From positions 16,432,001 through 16,496,000 of the forward strand of contig CM052816.1 of the NCBI GenBank assembly GCA_028534125.1: a stretch of 64,000 nt of DNA. The letters run 5' to 3'. Positions within the stretch are counted from its first letter, which is position 1. Each line of letters opens with the position of its first letter. Shown here piece by piece: positions 12,336 to 26,620 of the stretch. The notes under the pieces are model-generated. The model saw only the letters and a list, made by a program, of their open reading frames with translations, had not been told where the DNA came from and ran no database searches. This DNA is from Lama glama (lineage: Eukaryota). Position numbers and translations under genes: made by a program.

Positions 12336-14438
12336 TTTATTATTACTACTTCTACTCCTATTACTTAATATTTTTAAGTAATTCAACAAATATTTCAACT
12401 TTCCACTATACAAGATGCCAAAGTGACATAGGCTCTTGCCCTCAGGCGTTTATAGTTTAGCTGGAGATAAAACTTAAAATATTCAATAAATAACTAATAA
12501 AAGATAAGCCAAAAAATGTGAATTGGATGGTCCCAGCTAGATTACTGATTAGAGAATAGGGAGAACACTGAAGAATGCAGTGGAAAAAAGAACCTTAACC
12601 CTAGTACAAAAGTACCAGCAAGATTTGAATATGGCTGGGTGGTTCAGGGGTAGCCAGAGTCATTAATCTGACAGATGATACCATAAGTGTAGCAACTCAT
12701 AGCTTGGCCAAGATAGGGACAAATGCAAGGGGACTCTGGGACCAGCAAGGATGTTCAGATTTAACATGGTCAACAAAATTTCTGGAGATGGCTAGGAAAT
12801 GACGATCAAAGTGATAGTTTCAAAAAAAATGTGTTCTAGAAATTTTTATTGTTTTGCTGAGAATTTAAAACCTGTAATTTTAACTATCAGAAAAGGACTG
12901 CTAAGGAGGATAGATAGATGAAAATTTATTTCAAGGACAGGTAAAGGCGAAGAACCAACGATCAGTTGAGAAAAAACAAATGACTCTCTGAGAGCACTGC
13001 CCAAGAGAAATGGGCAGCAGGCCAGGGCAAGAGGGGAAAATAAGTAAAAAATCATTCATTCACCAGGATGTACTAAATAGAGCCTCCAACTTCCCATGTA
13101 AATTTTAAATTTATGCTCTTAATCTCCATTCTGAAACTATTTTCTGAAAAGATACATAGTTTCTCCATGCTTCCATATTTACAGCTTTCTTTTCAAGTGT
13201 AAACAAGGACTTCCTCTCATGAATTAGACAAAGAAAAGGCTGAAACAGCTACTACTTCATAAAATATGGGGCAAAGCTCTTGCTTGGGTCCCATTCACTC
13301 TACTGAAATCTACTCTTTTTTCCCCCATCTTAATCACGTACTCTTTAATTTTCTGCAAGATAGTTTTAAACTGTTAGAGCAGTAATTTCTTACTCCCTAA
13401 TGGTGCAAATACTAAACAGAAATGCAAAAGCACAGTGTAGTGACAACCTGTTAATTTAACTCTCACATACTACAAAAGAATCTTATTATAAGGTTTAATG
13501 TGTTACTTTTGTATATAAGAGGTTCATTAATGGCTTCACTGTTAAAAACCTCAGTGGAACTGCTGTTTCTGCTAAAAAAAACTATGTGACATGGCTGCCA
13601 ATACAATTTTAATAAAAGCCCCAAACCATTATCTACCATCTTAGTGACAGAAACTAAAGTTGAAAAATGACGTCTCAAGGTTACACATCACAACAGCAAC
13701 AAGTTTCAGAATTTCAGAATCCTTTCTTTGCCTACTCCAATATAACACTATCATGTCTTTGGCTCCCTCTTTATAATCAAATACTTTCTCTTTCTTTAGA
13801 AAGATTAAGAAACTATTATAAGAGCTCTTCAATGTCTCACCTTTCTTTTCTTTTCCAGATTTTCATTGCAGTCAGGAATAGCTGGTAAATTTCTCAACTT
13901 AGGCAAACCGCGAAAATTATCAAATATCCAGATATTTTTCCACAGAGTTAGGAATTTACACAATTTTTTATTTAACCAAAGTGGGGGGAAAAACCTAAAA
14001 GGGAAGAACCAACCAGAAATCAATTCTTGCTGCTTTTTTCCAATTCTTTGTACAAAAAGAAAAGGGACGTAATTTCCCCTGGGCTGAGAGGGGCAAAATC
14101 AAGACTTTTCTCCCCACCAAATACGGTATGGAAGTGTTCACACGCCCAGAACTCTTTCATGCAAGTGTTTGCAACTAGAACCACCAGTAAAACACAGACT
14201 TCTAAGCTTTAAAAAAAAAAAAAGAGAGAGAGAGAGACTGAAAACTCAACAAGGTGCAAATTGTACCGGATTTTGTCATTGGTACTAAAGGGTTTTGACT
14301 GATAAGTGTGAAATTTCCTGCATCCACAATAATAGTTACATATAGAACTGGCTGGTTAGCTTTCTTGGTTAAAACATGAAGGTTAAAAGGCTAGTCATGG
14401 GTTTTGTCTTTGTGGAGACTAGTTCTGCTCTTCACATT

Positions 14439-14498
14439 TTTTTTAATATATTTTTATTGAAGTATAGTCAGTTTACAATGTTGTGTCAATTTCTGGTG
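14439..14498 (-). mobile_element. ~60 bp L1 3' tail insertion
   Basis: Reverse complement of the L1 tail, with the T run first. Perfect 13-bp TSD tgctcttcacatt at 14426-14438 and 14499-14511. Confidence 0.9.
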
Positions 14499-16216
14499 TG
14501 CTCTTCACATTCTAAACTCCAATGTTTTTCTCTGTGAATGTTAAAATATTTGTCAGTGGTTAATAATAGTACTCAAAACTGAGGGATCAGTGAAAACACA
14601 ATGCCAAATGCTGGGGAAAAATCACTCAGGGTATATGTTCCACGAAGTAAGAAATACCTCTAACATACAGGATGACATTATTACATAAGCCATCATTATC
14701 CCTTTTAATCAAAAGTATCTACATATGATAAGGAAGAATAAGGTGGTATCACAATAAATTAGCCCAAAAAAACCAGGGAAAATGTCTACAAAAAGGGTTA
14801 GTGGGTCAAATCAATTCTGCACTTAAAGTCCTTTACTCTATCTGCTTTCACAGTACCACACAATGTCTGTATATCACACCGTTGCAGTCAGAAGTTTTGT
14901 CTAACTGTTCCTTCTTCCTCTTTTTCTCCCACTTAAGTTTCTCTTCAGTAATGCCTGGCAGCCCACTCATTCAGCATTTCACTCTGTGAGCATCTACACC
15001 TTTCACTTTGGTCTATGTAAGAGAGTATGTTGACAGGCACAAGTACATGTGTTCGGTTGGGGAAAAATGGAAGCAAAAAGACCTAGGATCAAGACAAAAT
15101 AAAATAGCCTCTATTTGTCCCAAACAGAAAGCTGTTATTTAGCTCATTTCTTGTCAAAGTTTTTTTTTTTTAAACTATGGCACCTTGTTCTGATTTCATG
15201 TCTTACACCAGCCATTTTTACTTGATTAAAGAACTTCTCACTTGAATATGTGTAGTTACATTCAATGCTTGTATTCAAGAACTTGTATATCCACAAATAA
15301 ATTGCAGATAGCCACACAAATTTTGCAGACGTAAAAATAAAAACAAATACTCTTAAGACTATTTATGATTATAGAAATCCTGTAGATGTGATGTCAATGA
15401 GAATTGTGAAAGGAAGGTTTACCAAAAAATGCTACAGAAGGAAAGGCTCTAAAAAACTACATTAAACCTGTCCTCTGACTGGGCTTCTTCATCTATCCAG
15501 GTCAAATGACTTTCAATTCCAAACACTTAAAATGGCCTATGTGAAAAAAAAATTTTTTTATAAAACCTAAAATCTCAACGTTAGGCAATTAATTACTACC
15601 TTGCATTCAACCATGAAATTTCTGCAAAGGAATTTGTACTTAGAATATGTCAATTTATATGATACTCTCATATGAAAAATTCTTTCCTAGAACCATAGTT
15701 AAACACTCTTTGCTCTTTTTTTGGTACTACTTCTGCATGTGTTTCATGCACACACACAGCCATAGCATATTCCCTCTGGATATTTTTGCTCAATTCATAG
15801 ACAAGAACTAGAAGTACGCCTTTGTTGTACAGATCTATTACACAGGTATAAAGGAATTAAGATTTCCCTTCTAAAGAGTAACCATTAATGGAGGCTTCTA
15901 AGATTCAAGCAGTAGCTATTACTGTCAGTAACTCTGACTTAATAAAACTGAGTACACAGTTAGTGAATGTAGGAAATTTACCTATAAATATTTTTAAGGC
16001 CAAAAAGAAAAATAAAATCTGGTAATGCTGAAACACAATTTCTCAATTTAAAATAAAGCAAATATTTGCTAGTATAACTTAATGTCACAAAACAGTATTC
16101 CTATTTGGTAGGGAGGAAAGATGGCTTATATAATGAATGTTATAAACATATGTCACTATCTAATTGGAAGAAATATTAAGTTGGAGCATTTATCTCACAC
16201 CAGGCAAATGAAAGAC

Positions 16217-16853
16217 TGTGATATATTAGCATTGAATCAATTTAGCTGATCTGGAACTACACTTCCCAGAGTTCTCTTGCCTGAACAGTTCCAGGTAAGC
16301 CTGGACCACATGAGACTCCCTGGCATAAGATTTGAGACATGGAACTGAAGCAGCAAACATCTTTTTTATCCTGGGAAGGTCGCTGCAGGTCTAAGCTGCT
16401 ACTCCAGGTCACACACATTGTTGCTTTTCTGTTGGCTCCCTTAGTTAGCATGGGCAGCAACCAAGACCTCAACTCCTACAGGATTTTTCTTCTTCAGCTT
16501 TTCTGACTTCCGGGTCAGAAGCATGTTTAAATCTGTGATAAAGGGAGTCCTCTTCTCCCTCAGAAATCTCTGTCATTGTAGTTGGAAGTTTGGATGTAGT
16601 AAGGGGCCTACATGAATTTCAGGCTGTCCTTATGGGGTCCAGCTCATGTTCCAGTGACCCTGCTTCATATGTACCATGTTCTCTTACCGATCACATGTCC
16701 TGCTAACTTGACAGCAGCACCAGATTCAAAAGCAACAGCCTCACATGAACTGTTTAATCTGCTCCCATAATTGCATAAAGTCAAATCTCTATAATAAATC
16801 TTACGTATCATTCATAGTTGTTCTGCTTCTATGATTGAACCCTGAGTGACACA
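16217..16853 (+). mobile_element. Solo LTR, ERVL MLT2-like
   Basis: Begins tgtg, contains 'ctggaactacacttcccagag' and AATAAA near 16792, and ends 'ttctgcttctatgattgaaccctgagtgacaca', like MLT2 termini. Confidence 0.75.
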
Positions 16854-16889
16854 AAAGTGTGTGCGTGTGCGCGCGCACGTGTTTAAGTA

Positions 16890-17950
16890 ATCTAAGGTGG
16901 AAAAGGCATTTTTAGGAAATATCTGAGCATAAAGCAAAAGATAAACATATACACATGAAAATAAAAACAATATTTTAATATGGTGAGAAAAAAAGGACAT
17001 ATATAATGTCAAAAGACAAATGACAGATTTAGAAAAAAAATATATGAAATGCAGAAGGCAAATATGAGCTATAATATACAAAGAGCTCAGCAAAGAAAAA
17101 GATACACAAGCCATTAGAAAAATGGACACAAGCTATAAATAGGTCATTAACAGAAGAGCAAATCCACTGACCTATAAGTATATTAAAAGATTATTTGAAT
17201 TCAAAAGTGGTCAGAAAATGCAAATTAAAGTAATAACAAGCTATTACTTCATACCTGTCAGATTTGTAAAATTAAGTAACACCTACTATTAGAAAGAAAG
17301 TGAAGAAAAAGCTATTTTCTTACACTGATAGTAGAACTGCAACTAGCTTAGCCTTTTTTGGGAAAATACCCTACCAATATCCATTCAAATGAAAATATAT
17401 ATGTACCACTCAATCCAGTTCCATAAAATAAATACAGAATCTATCTCACAGAAATAAAGCACCAAATGCAAGTTACCGCAACATTGCTCATGATGCTTAA
17501 AAAAAATTTTACACACATGCTTTTAAGAAGAAGGAAACTGTCAAGTAATTTATGGTACACCCACATCATGAAATACTACTCAGCAATTAAAAGAATGAAT
17601 CAGAGGTAAATCAGGAGACTTGAAAATATTTCCATGAGGTATTGATGAACAGTAAGATGCAGGTTTGTAAATGATGATTCCACTTTGATCAAGTAAACAC
17701 TTATACAAAAAAATTAATATGGGGCCTTTGGGGGGAGGGGAGTGGAAATCTTTTATACAAATGAACTGTAGAGATATTCATACCAGATTGCTAACATTGT
17801 TTCTGTGGGAAAAGAAGATGTGGTATAAGGGAGAGATCTGAGTGGGAGGAGGGAGAAAAGGAGAAAGGGAAAATAAAAGTAACTAGCATGTGTGTATAGA
17901 CTCCATTTCTGGAAAAGCTGTATGCATGTGTATGTGAGTGTGTATAAATT
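16890..17950 (+). mobile_element. Ancient L1M fragment (end of ORF2 and 3' UTR)
   Basis: 'gtcaaaagacaaatgacaga', 'ccattagaaaaatggaca', 'gaaaatgcaaattaaag' and 'tatggtacacccacatcatgaaatactactcagcaattaaaagaatgaa'. Confidence 0.75.
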
Positions 17951-19109
17951 TAAAAAGAGGATTAATTATCACTATCTTTATACATTTTTCTATTATATAG
18001 TTGCACTTGTTTTAAGTGATGCCAAATTTCTTATGGTTATAACATTTTAAAAGGCAACACAGATTCTAGGAAGCAACTATAATTGAACTATGGTAGTCAT
18101 CAGATTCACTGGATCTTGGAAAGGAAACGACAACCATGTAAAAAGGAAAAAAAGCAAAAAATGGAAGAAGAATGAAGGCAGTGAAAAAAGAGGATGTACA
18201 GTGGAGAAGAGGCTGGAATCACTGTCCTAGAACATTGTCCAAGAAAGAGGTGAAAGAAAAAGTACTTCCCTGCACTGAGCCTGGACGCAGGAAATGTTGA
18301 TACATGTGGCAAGGGATTTGGCTACTGCCCCACAGCTTCATAGGCAAGGCCCATACTCTCACGGCAAGCACTGAGACACTGTTAAAAATACTGCATTATG
18401 ACACTATACACATAAAGACACATACATTACTTAAAAGGTTAATGCCAGGTCTGATAGAGGCCTTTAGAAGTCTGCTCTAGCACAAGAGCAATACTGATTG
18501 GGTAGTATTCATGTTAACCAGATGTACATACAATGAACATCTCCACTGCTTAGAGGCAGAAACCATGATGCCATCATAGCCCACCTTTACCTACAAGCAA
18601 TACAGCATCACTTCCCAGGATGATCAGTTGCCCTGATCAACTGGACAATCTCCTGAGAATGTTAAGTTGAGGGCCCCAAAAGCCCTGGGGTCAGAGATCA
18701 AGCACAACAGAGCTCAGCAGGATAGGAAGAGAGGCTCAGTAAGATAGGAGCCCAGGAAAGAAAACAAAGAAGGCAATGTGGGTTCTTTCCTGATTACCCA
18801 TGAAATGATCTAGACAGAATATTTTGTGGAATTATCCTGAACCTGAATTTCCCAAGTATATACCACTGGTAACATTACATTGCATGTTTTCTACTGGCAC
18901 AAGACAAAGAGTACTTTTTTGTTTATTTATTTATTTATTAACAGTCGGGCTTCTTTCTTCTTACAGCATAGCATAGCAATGTTTACCATGGCTATAGGTG
19001 ATGGATAATATCCCCTAGACTCTCTGTGCATGGGTGCACTGAAGGTCCAATACTAGAAAGTAGAAACTACTATCAGTAACCAAAAAAGACTTATTAGACA
19101 GGGATTTGG

Positions 19110-19327
19110 GTCTGTTTTCTTTTAACAGTGGTAGCAGAACTACAACCAGTTTAGCCTTTCTTGGGAAAATACCCTACCACTATCCATTCAAATAAAAAAT
19201 AAGTATGTACTACTCAACCCCGTTCCATAAAATAAATACAGAATCTATCTCATAGAAATAAAGTACCAAATGCTAGTTACTGACATAATAAGCAGTCTCT
19301 CTACCACTGAGCTATTACCCCCCACCC
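19110..19327 (-). mobile_element. Disrupted tRNA-derived SINE carrying a copy of 17326-17484
   Basis: SINE head (rc) 'aagcagtctctctaccactgagctattacccc' at 19290-19322 and tail-like 'ttttaacagtggta' at ~19120-19133. The middle is a local duplicate. Confidence 0.7.
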
Positions 19328-19769
19328 TGGGTTTTGTCCACCCCCCACCCCAATAGTGGTAATAGGCAAATTTGAAGCTATAGAGGTATCACCTTTTGGG
19401 CTCCCAAACCAGAAAGCATCACTCAAGGTTAAGAACAAATGAAGGTTTTCCTGGACAAGAGCCAGGGTTAAGAGTTAACGACCACAGGAATGATGGAATA
19501 TGCAAAATTTAAAGAGACTATAGTGAAATAATAAAACATTTAAGGTTATTATAGTGGATGAAGACTCCTATAAATCATCTGTGATGAGAAAAGGTAATAA
19601 ATTATGTAGTGTAAAGATATCTGACACTCTGGAATAAACAATTCAAAGAGGATAGTAAATGCCTATTGGCTATACAGATAATACACTAAGATGTGCTGTC
19701 ATTAATAGTAATTATTTGTTACATAGAAATAACCTCAATGTTGCACAGAACAGTCAAGAATACAGCACT

Positions 19770-19906
19770 GGGTGGGGAGGAGGGTATAGCTCAGTGGTAG
19801 AGCGCATGCCTAGCATGCACAAGGTCCTGGGTTCAATCCCCAGCAACTCCATTAAAGATAAATAAATAAAAACCTAATTACCTACCCCCCCACCAAAAAA
19901 AAAAAA
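19770..19906 (+). mobile_element. tRNA-derived SINE (camelid Vic-1-like), intact
   Basis: Intact A and B boxes and poly(A). Perfect 14-bp TSD aagaatacagcact at 19756-19769 and 19907-19920. Confidence 0.95.
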
Positions 19907-22900
19907 AAGAATACAGCACTAGGCCTAAGGCTGCTCGATCTGACTTGGTTGAAAAACAATTCAGACATGAAACAAGACACAATGATTACATTCCAGATAT
20001 GTGAGGTTTAAGGACTTCATTGAAATATGGGGCTATAAGCTGATGCTACAGAGGAGAAAAGAGAACAAAGGCTCCAAGATTAAATATCTAAAAAGGAATC
20101 AGGAAAGCAAAGACAACTAGGAAACAGCTTTCGCAGGAGGGAAAAAAGAGACTGTGGAAAGTTTCAGCCAAAAAAGGGGTATATGGAAAGAGATTTAGCA
20201 GCCACAATACAGTACTTAGGAAAACATTCTTAAAAGGAAAAAACAAAATATATACTCACTGTATACTTTTTTATACTTTTAATTTTGAACCATGTAAATA
20301 TATTACCTATTTTAAGAATTTTTTAAAAATGTTTTATTAGGTATAAGGAAATAATGTAGTCATAAGGCTCTCAGCTCAACAGAGATCAACCTTTTTCAAA
20401 ACAAACCTATGACAGCCAGCATATGAAATCCTTTCCCATTACTCTTTGCTTTGATATCATTTCTGAAGCAACTAGCCATTAATCCAATGAACAAGTTCAC
20501 AGATAACATATGAAGGCAACTGTTCATATCTCTTAAGTGAAGACTAATGATGCCAGCCATCCCGCATGCCTTACTTCTAAGTCAGCCCAGCTTAACTACA
20601 AAGATTTTTCCTAATAAGATTTTTCCCTTCAGCCATTTTAGTGCTCTAAATATTATAAACATGAAAGGGAAAGAAACCTTCTAGACCTCACACTACCTGT
20701 TCCACTGTCTTTTTAAACTACATAGGCCATATCTAAATTTACTGTTCTTGGTTAATTATTTAACCAACTCTAGGGTATGTAAATTTTCTTAAACAGTGAG
20801 CTAGTGGGTTTACTTATAAGACCAGGAAAAAGTCTGACTCGTAACACCATTTTCCTGTTCTGCTAGAAAGATGTTTTAATAAACTAGAGGGGACATATAA
20901 ACATGACTTGCATAACTATATGGATACTTACAGTATTCAAATTTTAAAAATCTATCTCAAATGCAATCACCAAATCCAAAATGGGTGGGAAAAAATGAAG
21001 AAATTTTATACAGAGATGCCTAAACAAAACTCAGTTCAGAGAATGAACATTGATGATCAGAGCCTTGCCATGCCAGATAGCTCAGAATTAACTATAAAGA
21101 AGTATGCCAGACCTAAGCAAAATGTACACTTTAATAGCAAAGAGAACATACTATGAACCTGGGAATAAGGCCACCAACTTAAGACAAGACACTTAAGACA
21201 AATGGAGAGCAATAAAATAACCTCCGCAAAACAGGGCCACCCTTGCTAAAAATTAATACAATCTTTAGGCATTTTTACCAGAACGTACATAAAAAAGGGA
21301 AAATTCTCCAAATGTATTAGATCATTGCTAAAAGAGAGGAGGCGAGAAGGTAAAAAGATGGAGGGAAGGAATTAAGCTCTTTCACTCAGCAGAATGAGAA
21401 ATGCCAACTACTCTAAGAAATCACTAGAGAGTAGAATAGGTAAAAACAAAAAATAGGACTTAAATGTTCTAAACCGTTCAAAATACTAAACTTTATTAGT
21501 AATAATAGTGGTAATAGTAGCAGTAGTATTAACAGCAGGGGCTGTTTTACACCCTTCCAAACATGCTAATATGCACAGGCACTATCATCACCCCCAACTC
21601 AGGTTGAGGCCACTGAGACCTAGAGAAGTTTGGGTGACTCTTCATGTTCAGTGCAGCTGTTAAGAACTAGAACAGTATCACTATACTGAAAATCCCTTTG
21701 ATAAGGAATTTATCTTAATGCCAACAACCTATACGTTTTAGTAAACATGTAGTTCAAACCCCTCTGGAGGAAAAACAAAACTTCCAATTAGGTAGATTTT
21801 ACCACAGCAGAAGCAGGCCACTAAACCCCAGCTAAGCAAAGAGAATTTTAAAGATACAGAGGATCCACTTACTTTCTCTCCAGAACTGTAGGTTAACTGT
21901 AAGCATCCCTGACAACTTCACAACTAATGAGAGATACACTAGTCTATGCAATCTGTCATTTTTCAGCTTCTACTTTCAACTCCTCAGTCCCAGTAAAGAA
22001 ATACCAACATCATTAGTATCAAGCTCCAAGCAGCAGCTATAGAACTGAGAGCTGCCTAAATATTTATTTTCTGTAATTCAGTGAAAATTTACAGTGGACA
22101 GCAAAGATACGCTCCATCTCCCAGGACATCAATTTAGAGAGAGATTCCCTCCCCAAAATAGGTTTCACAAGCACCTGCCCACGCTGATCTGAGGGTGACT
22201 GTCTAGCAAAACACATCTTTCTTACTTCTTGCCAAAGTGCCTGAAACTCCACCATCAGGCATCTCTTTGAAAATTTTTCTTTTAAAAAAGCAGGTGGGTA
22301 TGCACAAATATCCCCAAACAAAGCAACAATAAAAAATGAGGAAAAGGAATCATTTTGACTATCTCAAATGACATTTTGACTAAGAAATTATGACAGCTAG
22401 AAAGCAATGTTTACAGTTTTCTCCCTAGTTGCAGAAAAAGCTTAAGAATTTTTGAAAATTCTTTCTCATAAAATGTTTTTGGAGCCTGTTACAATCTGGT
22501 CTGGTTGCAGCAGTAGAAAAAAGGTACTAACTACACAGTAGGTTAACATTAATGGAAAAATCTTGAAAAGAAGTCATTATGGTTAATTTGAACCTTTGCT
22601 AGTAACTGTACTATTATATTATGTACACAGAATGGAGCGAGACTTATTTTATGCCTGTAAAGTTGTTGCTGGCTTCTATGATGAAATTGAACATAGTTGT
22701 AACAAAGCCTCAGGATCACTGAAAGCTGGAAGAAGGCTGCCACCTTTTACGTATACTTCACCACAGAAAAGGCAAGCACCTTGTGTTCACCAAAGTTGAT
22801 AAATTTCCAGCTTAGCTCCACTGGGCAGCAGCAAACCCTACAGGATCAGCCATGCTGTTCTGGTAGGTACCTCACAAAGACTAGAAAAAGCCAGCACAAA

Positions 22901-23724
22901 CTGAAGATTCACGCTGTTGAGCTACAAATACTAACCCATAGAAGCAAAAAAAGCAAAAATCTACTGTAGGTTAACAAAGAAATTAATGTTGCTTAAAACA
23001 AGTCACTCCACTTACAACCTATGCTACATCTTTTCTGCAATTCCTTCAAGTCCAAGTAGGCCTAGAATATAGCTATGAGATACTACTATAATTTATAAGC
23101 ACCATTACTTCTGTCAAAATCCCGCCTTTAAATCCATTATATACCCATGACCAAAAAAAACTTTTTCATCTAAAATGACTGAGTTGTATATATAAAAGCT
23201 GATTCCTTTTCATAGTTCTTAAGAGTTCTAAGATAATCAAATTCTAGTGATTACACAGAGAATCTTCAAATAAAAACTCCAAAGTATTTAAAATGTGGTA
23301 ACTTAAGGGCCAACAATATGTGTATTGTACAGATCCACCACCCTTTCACCAAGACAAAATAAAAATGAAAAATAGCTTGAAATGATACATGTTCAATCTG
23401 ATTTCTGAGTTCCTGAACTATTTTTGACTCAACAATCCTTAACTTGATATATTCATAGTTTAAATGAAGTAGCAACAGAAAATTGCAGGCCATTGGTCTG
23501 TTTGATACAAAGCCAGGAAATTAAAGAGGCCAACTTTATGCACAATGTAGGCTTTTAATGTTGTAGCCGATGTCACTCCAATGGCAGTAACAGATACAGG
23601 CCCCATTTCAAATGGGGAAAACATTCTTTACTTCATACAGGATAAACAAATTGCCATGACTCCACTGGAAACATAATTTAAAATACTCATAACCGTAGGA
23701 TACATACGTGTGAAAAAGCATGTG

Positions 23725-23865
23725 AATATACAATCCATCCAGGTAAATTATACAATTCAATGTTTTTTATGTATATTCACAGATACGTGAAACCATTAAC
23801 ATTAGAAAATTTTCACCATCTCAAAAAGAAACTCAGAATACCTTCTTGCTATCACTCCCCCAATC
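23725..23865 (-). mobile_element. L1MA/MB-type 3' end fragment
   Basis: 'tatacaattcaatgttttttatgtatattcacaga...aaaattttcaccatctcaaaaagaaactc' resembles an antisense L1M 3' UTR. Confidence 0.7.
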
Positions 23866-26461
23866 TTTGCATGTGAATATTTAAGTGATAAATTTTAAAT
23901 ATCCAGGATTTGGTGATCATACTTGATTTTAAGTTTAATGCACTAAATTTGTTGTCCTTTTCTTAAAAGCAGTTTTTAGTATTTAGTCTAAATTTGCTCC
24001 TTAAACCTCCAAAATCACAAATTTATCCGTTCTTTTTTCAAAAGACTCTTCAGACAATTCCTGTCTATGAAAAAGGGTACCAAAGCAATCAACTCTTAAG
24101 TATATCCCCTTACACATATGAATGCACCACTTTTTAGCACCTGTAACAAAAATACATAGAAAACAAAGCCCACACACACATTTTTAAATGTATCTTTCCA
24201 ATACTACCTACATAATAAGTTAATTACCCTTTTTCTGTGGCACATGCCTTTCTTGGGTTTAGAAAAGTAGAAACGGGCTCCAAGTCCAACTGTGCCAAAC
24301 TTAACAGGGCCTTAAAGAATGTTAGACACTCTTCCTCCACCCACATTAAATATACACCCCCGAAAACTGTTGATTCACCGGATTCTTGGCTGCCAAAGAA
24401 AGTAGACTAGTTTAGTGTTTGACATTTCCTTTTGGCAGTCATTAGTCCTTAATGTGTCACTGTCTAGAGGCTAAATGGAATAGTTTCATTCGTTTCTACT
24501 TTAGCAGATCATTTTCTTGGGCTTGAGGAAATGTATCAATAGCTAAATTCACTCTATAAGAAAGCTGTCAGTAGGAGATGTTATAATATAAAAATAATAA
24601 TATGATTAAAACTCCTCTCTCCACAAGCCCCTTAGCACTAGAATCTGAATAGTAACTTTCTATACAGGAGCAAATTAAAGGGGAAAAAGCAAACATTTCC
24701 CAAGACTTCTGACAATGTTGGTGAGCCACTCTAAGAGGGGAAGAGAGGACTATTTCTAGGCAGTCTTACTTGTAAAATGGTTCCTGAATGGTTCTTCATT
24801 CCTGCCAAGCCAAGAGGTTTGCCATTCACTACACACTAACAAATTCCTGATTCTAAATCTATTACTGTTACTCCCTTCACTCACTCAGTGCCAATCAGTG
24901 CCAATCTTGTCTTTCTGTCTTTGTATACTCTGTTTAATACAGTTAATATACTTGCTCCAGTGCTTCATTAAAAAACCCATTTTCCATTTTTGCTTCTTTT
25001 TAACCTTCATTGCACCAGTATTATCCCTTCTAAGCCGGATCTCCTCACTTTTATTTCTGTCCACAAAAAAAAAAAGCACTAAAAAAGGGAAAAAAAGAAA
25101 GACAATAGTAGATAGGATGTTTATATTTAAACAAGGCTTTCTCTAGCTAGAGGCCATGTCTATATACAATCAACAGCAAAAGTAAGGAATCTTAAATCAT
25201 CGTGGCCAACAAAACACTGTTTACACCACCTAAAACTGTGCTGAGGCAACTTCTCAACAGGAAATCTTCAGGAGACAAGTCGTACCTGCACCCTCCTTGA
25301 AAAAAAGCCATGATTATTGCCATTTATTAAATTCCATTCAATCAAAGTCTAATGACAACAATGTAAACAACACTACTAAATTTATCTAATAGTAAAGCAG
25401 GTAAGAAACAAAAGGCTTCTTACTATACATGACAGAGCTCTAAAACTATGATTCAGGGGAGGGCAATGGCTCTGGTAATGCTTGAGGTGGTAGGCTATGG
25501 AATGCCTAGACAATTAAGCAATGATCTTTTTTTTTTTTATCTTCTAAAGAAGTGCTTACTAAGAATTAGCCAAGAAAACTCGGCATCATCCAATGACTAC
25601 ATTAGTTATACTCCTCTTTGAAACATCAAGGAACTCAAATCTAATCTAGTGACTAAGGGTTTACTTCAAGGACACATGTACAAGAACCCAAGGACAGCTG
25701 GGCAAATGGCCTTAGGAAAGTCATACAAGAACCCTAGTATTGTCCTCTTAGCTGGCTGCACCCTTCTCCAATCTCAGATACCTGACCCAGTGTTACTCTC
25801 TATGCTGCCTAATTAAATTCAAAGCTGCTGCCCATCCACAAATTCACTTTGCCATGACCTCTCATGACCCTGACTCTACTTAATGGCATAATTTCCTACT
25901 TCAGTTCCCATTTACTAACTGCATCATTTTCTCATTATTTTCTAATACAAATTTCCAAGAGAACTTAATTGGCCTAAGAGACATCATAGGCCAGCATGCA
26001 AACTGGGGACTGAGAAAGGGGCTAGATGGGATAAAACAAGGCATTCCAGATATTGCAAGACAGACAAATGCCCTCAGAAGCGCTGTAAACATGGCAAGGA
26101 CTGTGCCCTTAAATATCTAATATGCAAATAATGATAATGATAAAAGATGTCCTTTTAAAAAAATTTTATTATGAGATTTTCCAAACATATTCAAAAGGAT
26201 TAAGAATAGTAAATGAACTTTCTTATGTAACAAGTTTTCACAATCAACAATTTTCTCCTTTCTTGTTTCATTTATAACATTTATTAGTTTTTTTGTTGGA
26301 GTATTTTAAAACATCCACAATATTGTAACATCATAAGGGTTTCTATGTATCATTCCTCATAAGCTTATGTACATTCATATCTACGTTCAAATCTTGTCAA
26401 ATCTTGAGGATTAGAAGAATTACCACTTGTCTAAACCTCAAATTAAAAATAGATAGTTACT

Positions 26462-26620
26462 GGGGGAAGGGTAGCTCAAGTGGTAGAGCACAGGCTTAGC
26501 ATGCATGAAGTCCTGGGTTCAATCTCCACTACCCGCTCTAAGAATAAATAAATACTAAATACAAACCTAATTACCTTCCCCCACCAAAAAAGTAATTAAT
26601 TAAATTTTTAAAAAAACTAT
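26462..26620 (+). mobile_element. tRNA-derived SINE (camelid Vic-1-like)
   Basis: gggtagctcaagtggtagagc...ctgggttcaatctcc...aaacctaattacc. TSD atagttactgg at 26453-26463 and 26621-26631. Confidence 0.92.

Noticed and set aside
19776..19850. tRNA-like sequences with A and B boxes (also near 11.5, 26.5, 34.8, 46.9 and 47.1 kb)
   Set aside because: They have A-rich tails and TSDs, so they are SINEs rather than tRNA genes.
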